Of a stretch of DNA of 64,000 nucleotides, positions 51,551 to 62,980 are shown one piece after another (within the stretch, counting starts at the first letter, position 1; each line of letters starts with the position of its first letter). Both the position numbers and the translations under genes were made by a program. The stretch is taken from contig MU058815.1 of the NCBI GenBank assembly GCA_013265495.1, positions 380,523-444,522 of the forward strand, written 5' to 3'. Source of the DNA: Vicugna vicugna. Taxonomy: Eukaryota. Under the pieces are notes generated by a model. The model made no database searches. It was not told the origin of the DNA and saw only the letters and a list, made by a program, of their open reading frames with translations.

Positions 51551-51701
51551 GGGCGAGGTATAGCTCAGTGGTAGAGTGTGTGCTTAGCATGCACGAGGTC
51601 CTGGGTTCAATTCCCAATATCTCCATTTAAAAAAAAATTAAAATAAATAAACCTAATTACATGCCCCCCCAAAAAGAAATCATTTTAAAAATTAAAAAAA
51701 A
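51551..51701 (+). mobile_element. vic-1-like SINE with a near-intact tRNA-Ala(AGC) head
   Basis: ggtatagctcagtggtagagtgtgtgcttagcatgcacgaggtcctgggttcaattcccaatatctcca; TSD aattcagttactc / aattcagttcctt. Confidence 0.94.
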
Positions 51702-52586
51702 AATTCAGTTCCTTATTTGGACTCATCACATTTCAAGTACTCAACAGCTACATGTGCCTGGTGGCTACTCATTTTGACACCACGAATGTAGAATGTTTCC
51801 ATCATGGCAGGAAATTCTACTGGACAGTGCGTTTCTGTAAAATTTCCCCTCCAAGAGGCCTCAGGATGAGACAGGTGAGGACTAGAATCCTCTCGGTCCC
51901 CTTGCCCTGTGTTCTGGCAGCCACAGCCACCTCCATCCTGCCCTGCAGCTGGAAGTTGCTGCGTTGTTTTTAACAAAGCCCTCGCTAGAGACGAAATCCC
52001 ACCAAAATCCCTTCTCCTGAGGAGGTTATGCCCCAGTCCCAGCTGGCAGTAAAATCTCCGGGGGTTTCACACCAACATGGCTCTTACCAGGGCACACACG
52101 TGACACATCTTGGGAAGCGTGTTATGGTCGCTGCCAAAGCCACATGAGGGAAAACCAGAAAGAAAACACATTTACCAGCCGATGGGTGGCGAGAACCCGC
52201 AGGCCACTCAACCAAAAGGAGGCGGGAGAAGGAGCCAGAAGCATCTCCGTGAGGGATGGCGAGGTACGTGAGTTGTAATCCCTTCCTTTTCTCCTTCCTT
52301 TCACCACTCTGTCAGTCCTGCTCAGGGCAGTTCAACTGTTCCTCATTCAATACCATCCAATAAAGCCCACTTCACCTGTCCACCTGTCAGCTTTTGTCGA
52401 ACAAAATCCAAATAAACCCAGGCAGTGATGCACTCCGGCCAAGGTCCTTCGTGCTAGTGTTCTGGACTTCGCCTGGCTGTGATGCGCCGGCAGGAACCCC
52501 TGCAACGGACAGTCGCCCCCTCCAGGAATCACTGGGGGAGGACTCAGGTGATTTACCTAATTGACCCCCCAAAGAGGATTACTTAC

Positions 52587-52607
52587 TCTCCATTTAACCT
52601 TGATCAC
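52587..52607 (-). other. Candidate exon 3' end or 21-nt microexon ending ATG GAG A|gtaagt
   Basis: tttttttttaag|GTGATCAAGGTTAAATGGAGA|gtaagt in unique sequence. Confidence 0.3.
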
Positions 52608-53889
52608 CTTAAAAAAAAACGGTACCTCTAGGCACACAGGTTCTATATTCTATACTCTCCATTTACTGTGCCTATTTTTCTGACAGTTTTTAACACTCGT
52701 CAGATAGTAATGCCGAAGGGCTTCGTCTGTCTTCTCCCTGGTCTGACAATTATCCAACAAACTTGTACCTCTCCTGGATTTCCGGTCTGAACTGCAGCGA
52801 AAGCATCCCTCGGGCGGCCAGGCACGTCCGAGACTGTTCTGTGCACGGAGCACGCTTCCCTCTCCAGCTTGGCAGAACTCTGGAGTCCTTTTTCACTTTT
52901 TATTTCTTTAAATCAATGTCAGCCTATAAACTGCATAGACAGTTAACTTGTACTGAGTGAGGTCCAAACAGCCTTTGGACCCAGCTTTTTTTCTTTTTTA
53001 ACCATATTTTCTAAATTAAGTCATCAACTTCCTGTGCTAAGAAGGTGATTAATTGGCGGGGGGAGACAATGGAATAAACACTTTATTGCCTTAACTCAGC
53101 ATTTTCTGTGTTCCAGGCAGAGTTCACGAAGCCTTTACTAAAAAAGCTAACACGCCTCTGAGCTCAGGAGCCCCGGGCCTGGCACTTCCCAGAATCTGAG
53201 ATAATCAAGCCGGCAGCCCTCGCCACCCTCCACTTTCCCCCAGAATGCTCACTGAGAGGCGTGAGCTCCTGCACCCCAGCCTCTCCCATTTGTGAGCCAG
53301 ACCGAGGAGCCAGCCTGGATTCCAAATGGCAGCCTGGCCTGCAGCTGGCGGAAAACAAAGGGGCTGGGGCGGGGGGCAGCAGGGGGCCGAGGAGAAGCTG
53401 AAAACCAAACCAAACCAAACAAACCTGCAACAGTTTTTGGGGGGAGTGGCCTCTGGTACTGGAGGCCCCGTTCCTGGACCTCTTCAACAGGAATAAACCG
53501 GCCTCCACGGACTTCCCAGTTCATCAGGCCCAGGACGGGCTGTCACGTCAGGACAACCACTTGTCCTCTTTAAAAGTAGCTTCCAGATCCCTTCATTCCC
53601 CCCCCTTGGGGTGCCAGGGGAGAGCTTGGGGTGGCCAGAAGTGTGACCCCACGCCTGCACTGTGGCACCACGTGCGTGTGCCGGAGGATGCAGTTAAAGG
53701 CCACGGCCAAACATCTGGGTGAGGCTGGGATCCGAGAGGACGGGGAGGTTTACTGAAATCCAGTTCCAGCAGGAACCCTCCAAGCCCCCCCCGAGCTTGT
53801 GATTCTCCCCAGATCCAACCAAATTCAACGGATTTAAGTCAGTCCACCGTTTATAACACCTAAGACTTTACTTCAGTCCTGATCGAACA

Positions 53890-54170
53890 CTAAAAAATAG
53901 AAAATCATGAAATAAACAGTGAACACTGGCTGCATATTTTATTTTATGAAATAACTGTTCACTGTGTTAAGTGTGGTCATGGCAGAATGCGGTTCCTTTG
54001 TCAAGGAGCCCCTCTCTTTTTGAGACATATAATAAGATGTTCAGGAATGACATGATGAATTCGGGGTGGGGGGAGAATGGAGGTGTGAATGGACAAGTAT
54101 TGTTGGAACCAGAGGTGGAGGGGGGCGGTTCCTACTCTGTATTAGTCTGAAATTTTCCATGATGAAAATC
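53890..54170 (+). mobile_element. Old L1MC/ME 3' fragment
   Basis: gcccctctctttttgagacatataataagatgttcagg...tctgaaattttccatgatgaaaa. Confidence 0.55.
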
Positions 54171-55009
54171 TGATATCCCGCCTTCTCCCTCCCCATCTTG
54201 AGGGCCCGACACGAATCCAGGCTGACCTGGGCTGGAATGACGGCGTGTACACCACACACTCCGTCTACACCTCAGCCTGTCTACACCGCGGTGTCTGAGC
54301 CGGTGGGGCCAGGATCGGGGGCAGCTGCACCCCCTGTGCCGAGACAAAGGCCTTCCGATTTCCAGCTCACCGGAGGGTTAGGAAGTGATCCCTGACCAGC
54401 CCACGCTTCCCGGGAAATACAAACCAAATTCTGTTCCCGGGGTGGTGTTTCTTTTCTCCCGAAGAAAATCAGGTTTTCCAGGTTCAGGGTGGGGGAGGCA
54501 GAGGGTGTAATTGCAGGGCTCTGGTGAGCACGCAGACCCAGCGCTCTGGGGTGTTGGGCCAGCAGCAGGGAGATTAGCAGATGAAAGGAAAAGATAATAT
54601 TACCTGCTGGGGTTATCTTTCTTCTCACCAAGGGTCATGAACCCATTACTCACCATTTAAAAGCCCGGCAGGAGAGGGTCCTATGAATATATAAATACAG
54701 ACCCAAACTGGGCTCCCCTGACAACAGCAGAGACAGCCCGCCTTTCTTTTATCCCCGGATCCCAGGATCCTAAGGAAATTCAACCTCTTCAAGCATCCGG
54801 AGCAAGACAGCTTTTAGCGTCTCCGGCTCCCCAGAAGGGACTCACAAAGGCCAGGGGGGCAGGACCCTCGGGGCGAGGTTTTTTTATCTTTAGGTGACAA
54901 GCTCCCATCCTGGGCACAGGGCACAGTCTGGAAGAAAAAGTGTCTTTGGAGTTCCATTTCTAGTATCCAGTGATTCAGAGGCTTCAGGGTTCGCTTGTTT
55001 TTCCGGTTT

Positions 55010-55670
55010 GGGAGTATTTTAGTTTAGAAAAAGTGAATGAATAATACAACATCCAAAGTACAGCCCTGTTCCTTCCTCAGTGCCCCTGCAAAGGCGCCCG
55101 CTCTCCTGAAGGCACGTTGGTTTTTGATTCTCATAAAGAGCTTTACGCTTTGACCACGTATGTATTTATCCCAGAGCAACATTTAAGATTGCTTTGCATA
55201 GATTTAACCTTTAACAGGTAGAATCAGGCCATTTATATCAGCCGGCTTTTCCTGCCCAGGCTATGTGGTGAGAGGCATCCAATGAGAACCTGTAGCCCTA
55301 CTGAATACGTACATCACACCTTGTCACCAACTGGCTTGTTTTTTTTGTGGTCACCTGGGCTGTCTGCAGTTTTCGTGAGCATCCCCACCCACTGTGGTTC
55401 CCTTCCGCCTGTGGAACGGTTTCTCTGCTACCCGGCTCGCGGTGGCAGGTCCCAACTTCTCCAGCCTGGGCTCAGTGGCCCCCTACCACTCTAACCTCCC
55501 TCCAGCATCCTTCTGCCCACACTTGGAGCTGTCAGACTGTTAAACTGGTGTGTCCCTGACAGCGGCAAGGTGGCACCTCTTCGAGGTTTTTGACTTGTGC
55601 TTCCGGGTTCAGGAGTCTTTTGAAGGCTTCCTCACTAGTGAGCTGCCTATCTGGAAGTTTTCATTCCATT
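55010..55670 (-). mobile_element. Old L1ME fragment
   Basis: T-rich antisense blocks; ccttctgcccacacttggagctgtcagactgttaaact. Confidence 0.55.
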
Positions 55671-55674
55671 TATT

Positions 55675-55780
55675 TTTTTTTCCTTTTTTAAAAAATTGAA
55701 GTACAGTCAACTACAATGTATCAATTTCTGGTGCACAGCACAATGTCCCAGCCTTGCATACACATACATACATTCGATCG
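55675..55780 (-). mobile_element. Young L1 extreme 3' end with TSD
   Basis: ttgaagtacagtcaactacaatgtatcaatttctggtgcacagcacaatgtcccag; ttccatttatt on both flanks. Confidence 0.88.
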
Positions 55781-55827
55781 TTCCATTTATTTCGATAGAG
55801 GGTAATGTGGACATTCACAGCGAATTT

Positions 55828-56280
55828 TTTTTATTGAAGTATAGTCAGTTTATACTGTTGCATCAATTTCTGGTGTACAGCATAATGTTTCCATCACACA
55901 TCTATTCGTTTTCATATTCTTTTTCATTATAGGTTACTACAAGATATTGAATGTAGTTCCCTGTGCTGTACAGAAGAAACTTACTGTTTACCTATTTTAT
56001 ATACAGTAGTTAGTGTCTGCAAATCTCAAACTCCCAGTTTATCCCTTCCCACCTTCTTCCCCCACCCTGGGAACCATAAGTCTGTTCTCTGTATCTGTGA
56101 GTCTCTTTCTGTTTTGTAAATAAGTTCATTTTCTTTTCCGGGCATATATCCAGAGGGAACTCTAATTCAAAAAGATACAGGCACCCCAGTGTTCACAGCG
56201 GCACTATTTACAACAGCCAAGACATGGAAGCAAGCTAAGTGTCCATCGACAGACGACTGGATAAAGAAGCTGTGGTACAT
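55828..56280 (-). mobile_element. Young L1 with 5' inversion (twin priming)
   Basis: Antisense 3' UTR at 55828-56137, then sense ORF2 segment ccgggcatatatccagagggaactctaattc...gctgtggtacat; TSD tcacagcgaattt / tcacagagattt. Confidence 0.92.
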
Positions 56281-59093
56281 CACAGAGATTTAAAGGCACA
56301 AACAACGGACCACAAACCACACAGACCCGCAGGGAAGGAAGCGCAAGGCATCCAGGGAAATACTGGGGCAGGAATCGACCTCCCCACTACCTGAAGCTGG
56401 CACCCCCCCCACGGAGACGATGGGACCCCAGTTCATACTAACCCTGCAGCCAGCTGACAGCAGACACTCCCAACCCTCCCTCTTTGCTTAAGGTCTCTGT
56501 CTGCACAGTCACAGGTGTGGCAGCGCGGGGATGGGGTAAAACAGAAACAAACGCACTTCCCCTCCTGCCCAGGGGTCCTGGACCACTCTGCTCTGGGAGG
56601 CCGGTCAGCACCGCGGCCACTGCTCCGAAATGGCAGAACAGAACGTGTGTGGGTGTGTCACTGCAGACAGCAGGTACCCAGGCTCAGTTAACAGGGAGAA
56701 ACCGGAGGCCACGAGGAGAGGGGTCCCTGCAGCCCGGAGACAGAAGAGGCCCCCCGCCAGTGGCCAAGCCCACGCAGGCTCCCAGCCTGAGGGACAGAGC
56801 TCTGCGCTCCAAGACACGCCGTGCCCACAGGCTGTCACCACGTGGCTTGGTGTGGTTCTTGTCCCATTTTTAACATTTAACATGAACTCTGTCCGTTTGC
56901 CTTTGCTCTCTGAGTCTGAACGACTCCGTGCAATAACAATCACAGGACACCTCCGTTTGGAAGAGAGGCTGCGTGATTAAGGAGAGACGCGCTTCGTTCC
57001 CCCAAGGACGCCTCGCCAACACTGCACCTTGAACCCTCTCCAGCGGGACTGGCGGAGTGACTCCCCGGCCCCAGGGCACTTCTCAGGCCTGTTAACACCT
57101 GGTGCCAAGTCCGCAGCCCCCGCCTGCAGAGCTGGTGCTGGCAACGATTGCCCAAGCTCCAGCTCTAGGGGCCCAGACGACTGCTGGGCCGGCCAGCACA
57201 TCAGGCCCGCAGGGGGACATACGGTGAAGGCCGCCGTCTCAAAGCTGCACCAGGAAAGTCACCCCCATGGGGAACTGAGAAATGTCCCAATATGCAGCCA
57301 ATGTGCTTGGGGTGCCCAGATCAGGGGCCCAAGCTCTGGATCTGCTGCTCCGGGAATCTGGACAGACCCCTCCCCCACACCGGCCTCTCCGCGATGCCTC
57401 TGAGCCGCCCACACCGACCAGCGCCTACGGTGGACCAGAACACGGGGTGTCTTAAAACATCAAGGCCAACGTCAGACTTGCAAACAGCACGGGACATGCT
57501 GAGTCCCTAAACCTGGGCCCAGAGACTGGCTTCAGAAAGGCTGACTCAGGAATTTCTTGAGGTCCGAAAACGTCACATTCAACTTTCAAATCTGCGTTCC
57601 TGCACCTCACCCCTATCGGGGGCCTTCAGAGCGAGAAATGACTCCTTTGTGGCTGAACCCCACAGGAAACCCCCTCGCAGGGGACAGGTTCCAGAGCAGT
57701 TCTGGCTTGGGCCCCGGGGAGTACTGGATGGATTTTAAAGTCACAATGCCCGTGGCCAAGGCTCCAGGCCAGGGGCAGGGCGCAAAGGCGTGGCTGGCTG
57801 TGCGCCCGACGCTGGCCGGTCAGGCCGCACCCCTGGGGGCAGTGACTTCAGCCTCATGAGCAACACAAGCCCAGAGTCTAGGTGTCTGTCGGGTTTTTTT
57901 TCCCAGATTGTTCTTTTCTTAGAAAATAAAAACAAATTATTCTCCTTGGTTTCCTAGAAGAAAGTCCAGAAGACAAAACTCAGAGGCTGGAGAGGAAGCA
58001 GTTCAAAGGCCACATCTGGGGACGGCGACAGGACTGGCAAGGACACACTTGTAAGCGGAGAGCTGCTCCCCCGGGAGCCGTGCTCTGCCTCAGGCCGGGT
58101 GCCTGCCCTCTGGGACAAAGATGCCACTTCTCTCCTGGGACAGTGTGTCCCCCCACCCGTCCGGACTTCTCCCCTGAGCTGTTCCAACCAGTACCCGCTT
58201 CCCCACACGCCCATCCAAGAGCGAGCCCAAATGCTCCAGTTTCCCGAGGCTCCATCAGGGGCTCCCCCTGTGCGTGCACAGGCAGGCGGGGCTTACCCCC
58301 TAAATGCAGAGCTTTGGGACCGACTTTGTAATGACAACCTACAGAGCACAGTGGGCTTCAAAGGCCTAAAAAAAGGCACTGAGCACAAATGAACGGTGTG
58401 TAGAGACAGACGTTCATACACCAAGTCCATTAACACAATGCCACGTCTCTTCCAACAGAAAAAGGATCCCCTCTACCCAAAGGGCCATTGTTCTCGTGTG
58501 TTTTGGGGTAAACATCACGATTCTACGCTTGACATGCTTGGTTTCAAATGACAGCTTATGAGGAAACTGCTGGCACTGGCGGTGCTGTGAGTGTGACCGG
58601 GCAGAACCGTGCTGGGATGTCAGCCCCTCACCCCTCACAGCGCTGTGTGAACCCTCCACCCTCCCCAGATGGGGTCCCCCCCACCGCCGCCCCCTCGGCC
58701 TGGCCTCCTTGCTCCAGCACAAGAGGCCACTGAATCAGACTTCAAAGTGGAAGGTTTTCCCCAGGAAAATTTAAAAAAAGGAATCATTCACCTTGAGATC
58801 CCTTCACTGCGGAATGAGAATGTTTCACATAAACAGCATAGGAATCTTCTGTGCAGCTTGCTTTTTTCACTAAGACTTTCCAGACCAAGATTATAAACTT
58901 AACCTCTTTCTTACATGCCCTTCTTTAACTTTGCCGTTCAATAAATATTCCATCTGAATTTTATTTTTGTGAATGCTGAGAACAGAGCTGTTTCCCCCAC
59001 CCCAGATGAATACCCAACAGCCCCTACATCATTATGTTAAACGTCCACACAGACACGGCTCAGTTTCTCGATTCCCCAGTTTCCTTACTTGGC

Positions 59094-59398
59094 TGTGTGT
59101 TGGCTTCCCAGGACTGCTGTGACAATGCGCCACAGCTCAGAAGGCTTAAAGAACAGATCTGTCTTTGCACAGCTCTGGAGGCCAGAGTCCAAGTCCAAGG
59201 TGACTCAGGGTTCGTTTCTCCTGAGGCCTCGCTCGTTGGCTGGCAGGTGGCTGTCTCCCCTCTGTGTCCTTACACAGTCTTCTCTCTGTGTGTGTCTGTG
59301 TCCTCATTTCCTCTTCTTAAAAGGACACCAGTCACATTGGATTAGGGTCCACCTTGATAACCTTATTTTAACTTAGTCACCTCTCTGAAGACCCTACT
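59094..59398 (-). mobile_element. MLT1B/C LTR, 5' part missing
   Basis: cacagctctggaggccagagtccaag...tcctgaggcctcgctcgttggctggcaggtggc...aaggacaccagtcacattggattagggtccacc. Confidence 0.88.
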
Positions 59399-60959
59399 GG
59401 ATGATTCGGGCGTTTGGCAATGCAGAGAAGCCCTGTCCATCCACAACCGCCCCGTGCCAGTGCTTCTCACCAGGGGACCCGTGGAAGCTCTGAGACTGCT
59501 AGGACATCAGGAACGCACTGACCCGTGTCAAATCATATAAGAATGTTCAAGCAGCTTCCATTTTTTTAAAACAAATGTCATAGTGTTACAAGTAATAATA
59601 AAATTCAAAGGGTCCAAGTGAAGTCAGGACTCCTTACAAAAAAGGTTTCCTCAAGTCTGTCTTCCTCCCTCCAGAAGGGGAATGCAAGCAGTCTATCTCC
59701 TGTAGTCTAAAAGAAAAAGTAGCAGCAGGCCACCCCATCAGGTCTGGCCAGTGCTGCTCCACGGGGCACATTCGTAGTCCTTGACTTTGTCTCTCGCGGA
59801 ACCTTGGACTGCCTGCTCCTCCACGTTTCTGTCCTTCGCAGGTTTATCTTCAGAAACAGCACTACTTTAAAACCAACAGAATTCACTCTCCTTAAAAGAT
59901 GATCTGACTCCAGGCTTCTCCCTTCAGCTTCTGGGAAGATGTGACCTCACCTGGATTTTGTGCGGCAGACAGAACTTCAAATCACCAGCTGCCATTTTCC
60001 ACTCACATCAGCCTGTTTCTCACGCACCCTCTGCCTCCAATTCCCATGACAGAAACTGCCTCATCCGAATGAGGGATGAGGAACAGAGCCAGGAGCAGAG
60101 ACTTGTCTGGCCCTCCCCCCTGAAGTTTAAACTTGTAAGCTAGGTGGAAAAACGCTCACGTGTATGTTGTAATCTCTTTTTAAATGACTTCCAAGGGCCC
60201 TTTTTTTTTTCCTTTTGGATTTAGAACTGATTAAAGAAAACAATGTTCTGTCTAAACCTGCATTTTTCTTACTACTTCCTAATCATCCTACCACCAACAT
60301 AAAGGCCTGTTCTTTCCTAACACCACGCTCTTTGATCACTCCTGACAGGCCCGCTTTCCGCCTGGCCAGGCCCCAGCAGAAACCGCTGGGCTCCACGGCC
60401 CTTCACCACCCTCCTTGGGGTAGCAGCTCATTTGAAGGGAGAGGGTGAAGTGTGGGGAGAGAGGGGTGCGTTCCTGCTCTAGGAGAACTGTTCTTTCTTA
60501 CTGGTTAAATTTAGCCCCTGCAGCTGGGTATATCTGGGTATCACGAAGGCGCTGGGACAGCCCCCCCCCAGCAGCCACCCAACCCAGCAGGGTGCTGTGC
60601 CCAGAATCAACACCCCTAAATTAGCGGGAAGTGGGGAGTTTTCAAGTCTCGTTAGACTTGAGAGTCAAGCGAGTGATTAATATTAGCAACTAAAACTACA
60701 CCACTTAATTTTCAAAGTGCACCCAAATACAGTCTCTTGTTTGAGGTCCAAATGATCACACGCCCTATTTGTACACAGGGAAGAAAGTAACCAGGCTCTC
60801 CTCGCACACCCACCCCAAGGCACTGCAGAGGTCAGGGGGCTGACAAATGGTACAAATAATCTGCCAGTGCAGATTTCCATCACTTTAGGAAATTTTCATC
60901 AGATAAAAGCAAGAAGTCATGTGGAGTGACATGCAGACCAAGGAGCAGGACTCTGAAGG

Positions 60960-61220
60960 GCGTTCCAGGGGGAGGGGACCGCCTGGCCAGAGGTGCGGCG
61001 GGAGGACGCGGGGCGGGCCTGGGCAGCCCGCAGCGGGCAGACAGCAGGCTTCCCCGGGCGCAGAGCGGGGAGCACGGCTGCGCGGTCGCTGCGTCCCGCC
61101 CGGGCGGGATTCTCACTGAGAACCTCGCCACTCCTTCCCCTCGAGGCCAAGGATGCCTGCGCTAAGTCTCCGAGAGAGGTCAGGCAGGAGCCCTAGGGGT
61201 GGCCCCAGCCGGGACCCCCG
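60960..61220. promoter_or_regulatory. Small CpG-rich island with GC boxes
   Basis: gcggcggg, ggggcggg, cccgcccgggcggg; dense CpG. Confidence 0.55.
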
Positions 61221-62799
61221 GAGCTCCCTCCCGAGAATGGGACAGGTTCTAAGAGTGGCTTGGGCTGGGTCACATGTCCACATGCAAATGTGTGGTTACA
61301 GAGGGAGCAGCCCGACTGCTGGGAGCCACAAAGGGCAAGACTGGAGATGCCCGAAGGTGGGAGGAGCGTGACGGACAGGCCACACGGACAGCCTGCCTCG
61401 GCTGGGCCCCCAGCCCCTCTGGCCGCTTGGGCCTCATCGCTGTGGCCACTGCTTCTGGAAAGGAAGTCCCGAATGGCCACCTATGCTAATTTAGTGAGGC
61501 GCCCCACGTGTCCAGTTTCCTCTCCACAAAGGGTCCATCCACACTTCCCTCAGGAAAAGTGACAGTGGCCTACTCAAAGACCCCAAGTGATGACAGCGGT
61601 CGCCCGGGCAACAGCGGGAGGCCAACGGCGTGCCCGTGCTCAACCCAGTCACACCCCTGTGAGGGAAGACGTGGTGCGCCCTGGATATTAAAGGGTCTGC
61701 CCGAAACACGTGGGAGGAGCCAGGATCCGAAGCCCCAGGGGTCCCACAGAGCCCCGCTTTGTTCACATCGGTCTCACTGAGGCGTAATTGACACACGACA
61801 ACGTGGACTTGTTCTGCTGTGACAATGCCACTCACCTGTATCAGGACAACACAGAGCCTCCTTTCACCAAGGGGTGGGGCCAGGGACCTCCCATCAGGAG
61901 GACCATTTGCCCAAGTGCCTTATCTCATGGATTCTAGGAGCAATTCAGAAGGACACAGTCTGTTTAAGAAGCTGATTTTATACCCCCTCCCAGGGGGCAG
62001 CTTCTGCCTCCACACCCGGCTAACAGAGCGCCCACCGGTGGGGACCGAGGGTAGAGCTGCACAGGAGGGGTGCCACGTGGGACTCACGCTGTCCTGCCTG
62101 CCAGCCGAGGTGTCTCTGAGGTTCGGGGAGGCCTCAGACCCCTGCACACCATGTGCCCCAAGGCACCCCTTCCTGGTCCTGCCCCCGGTCACTCTGTGCT
62201 GTTCAAGAAGCAACAGCAGGGGCCGCTTTTTGAACAAGGTGGGCAGCTGAGAAGGCAGCCCTGTCATTCTCCACGTGTCCAGGATGCACAGCCACCAGAA
62301 GCCGCCCAGGGTGCACCATGAGGCCTCGTCCCGTTCGGCTCCCTGGGGGATGTGTGGCTGAGTCAGTGGGCAGGGTGCTCGCCCCCCAAAATTAGTCCAC
62401 AGAGCATCTGTGCCTTGAGAGAGGACCCGGGGGATCAACCCCACCAGATGATAGCGGAGAAGGAGCCGCAGGAATTGATGAGGCAGGTAAGTATGCTGAC
62501 AGCCTCCACCAGGGGACAGCAGGACTGTGGGGGAGATGGAGAAGTCTGCACGTGTGACCCGAGGCTGGGCCCGGGGGCGACTCGCCTCCCAGCCCCTGGT
62601 CAGGCGCACACGAGTGTACATGTGCGAGTAGCAGACGCTGGGAAACAGGTCTGCTAGGAGCGGAGAAGCCAGGAGAGGGGAGGGAGCTGGGGGGCGAGGG
62701 GTACAGAGAAGGCCCTCCCTCATTCAGGGAGGGGAGGGGAGGTGGGGCCGCAGCAGCCACCTGAGACCAGGTCCCCAAAAGTGCCCCCCAAACTCTGCC

Positions 62800-62980
62800 T
62801 TTACACACGGACACCTTGACCTCAACATACTCACACACCAGGAAACTACACACACACACACACACACACAAATACACACTCACAGCCACACATACGCTTC
62901 ACACACACCAGAACCACACACGTGTAACACACACACATTACAGGCATGCAGTACACACACACTCGCGCGCACACACACAC
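62800..62980. repeat. (CA)n microsatellite, perfect core with degenerate flanks
   Basis: cacacacaca core at about 62848-62870. Confidence 0.9.

Larger units (their letters stand above)
50740..51831 (-). mobile_element. MER3-like MITE split by an L1 and a SINE
   Basis: Left part gtccaatgtggaagctgctagccacatg...aaaattagaaactca; right part cacatttcaagtactcaacagctacatgtg...tttccatcatggcaggaaattctactggacagtgcg. Confidence 0.85.

Noticed and set aside
53916..53966. 10-bp inverted repeat acagtgaaca / tgttcactgt (pre-miRNA-like)
   Set aside because: Stem too short, with a long AT-rich spacer inside an old L1 fragment
59458..59660. Possible hAT-Charlie fragment starting cagtgcttctca
   Set aside because: Only one terminus-like motif; family not identifiable
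62505..62521. CTCF-like motif CCACCAGGGGACAGC (similar ones near 21795, 28397 and 61990)
   Set aside because: Near-matches are expected by chance in GC-rich DNA, and one lies inside an L1 5' UTR
61920..62723. Longest ORF in the track (267 aa, minus strand)
   Set aside because: No recognisable domain, Pro/Leu/Arg/Gly-rich composition typical of chance ORFs in GC-rich DNA, and overlapping ORFs in other frames
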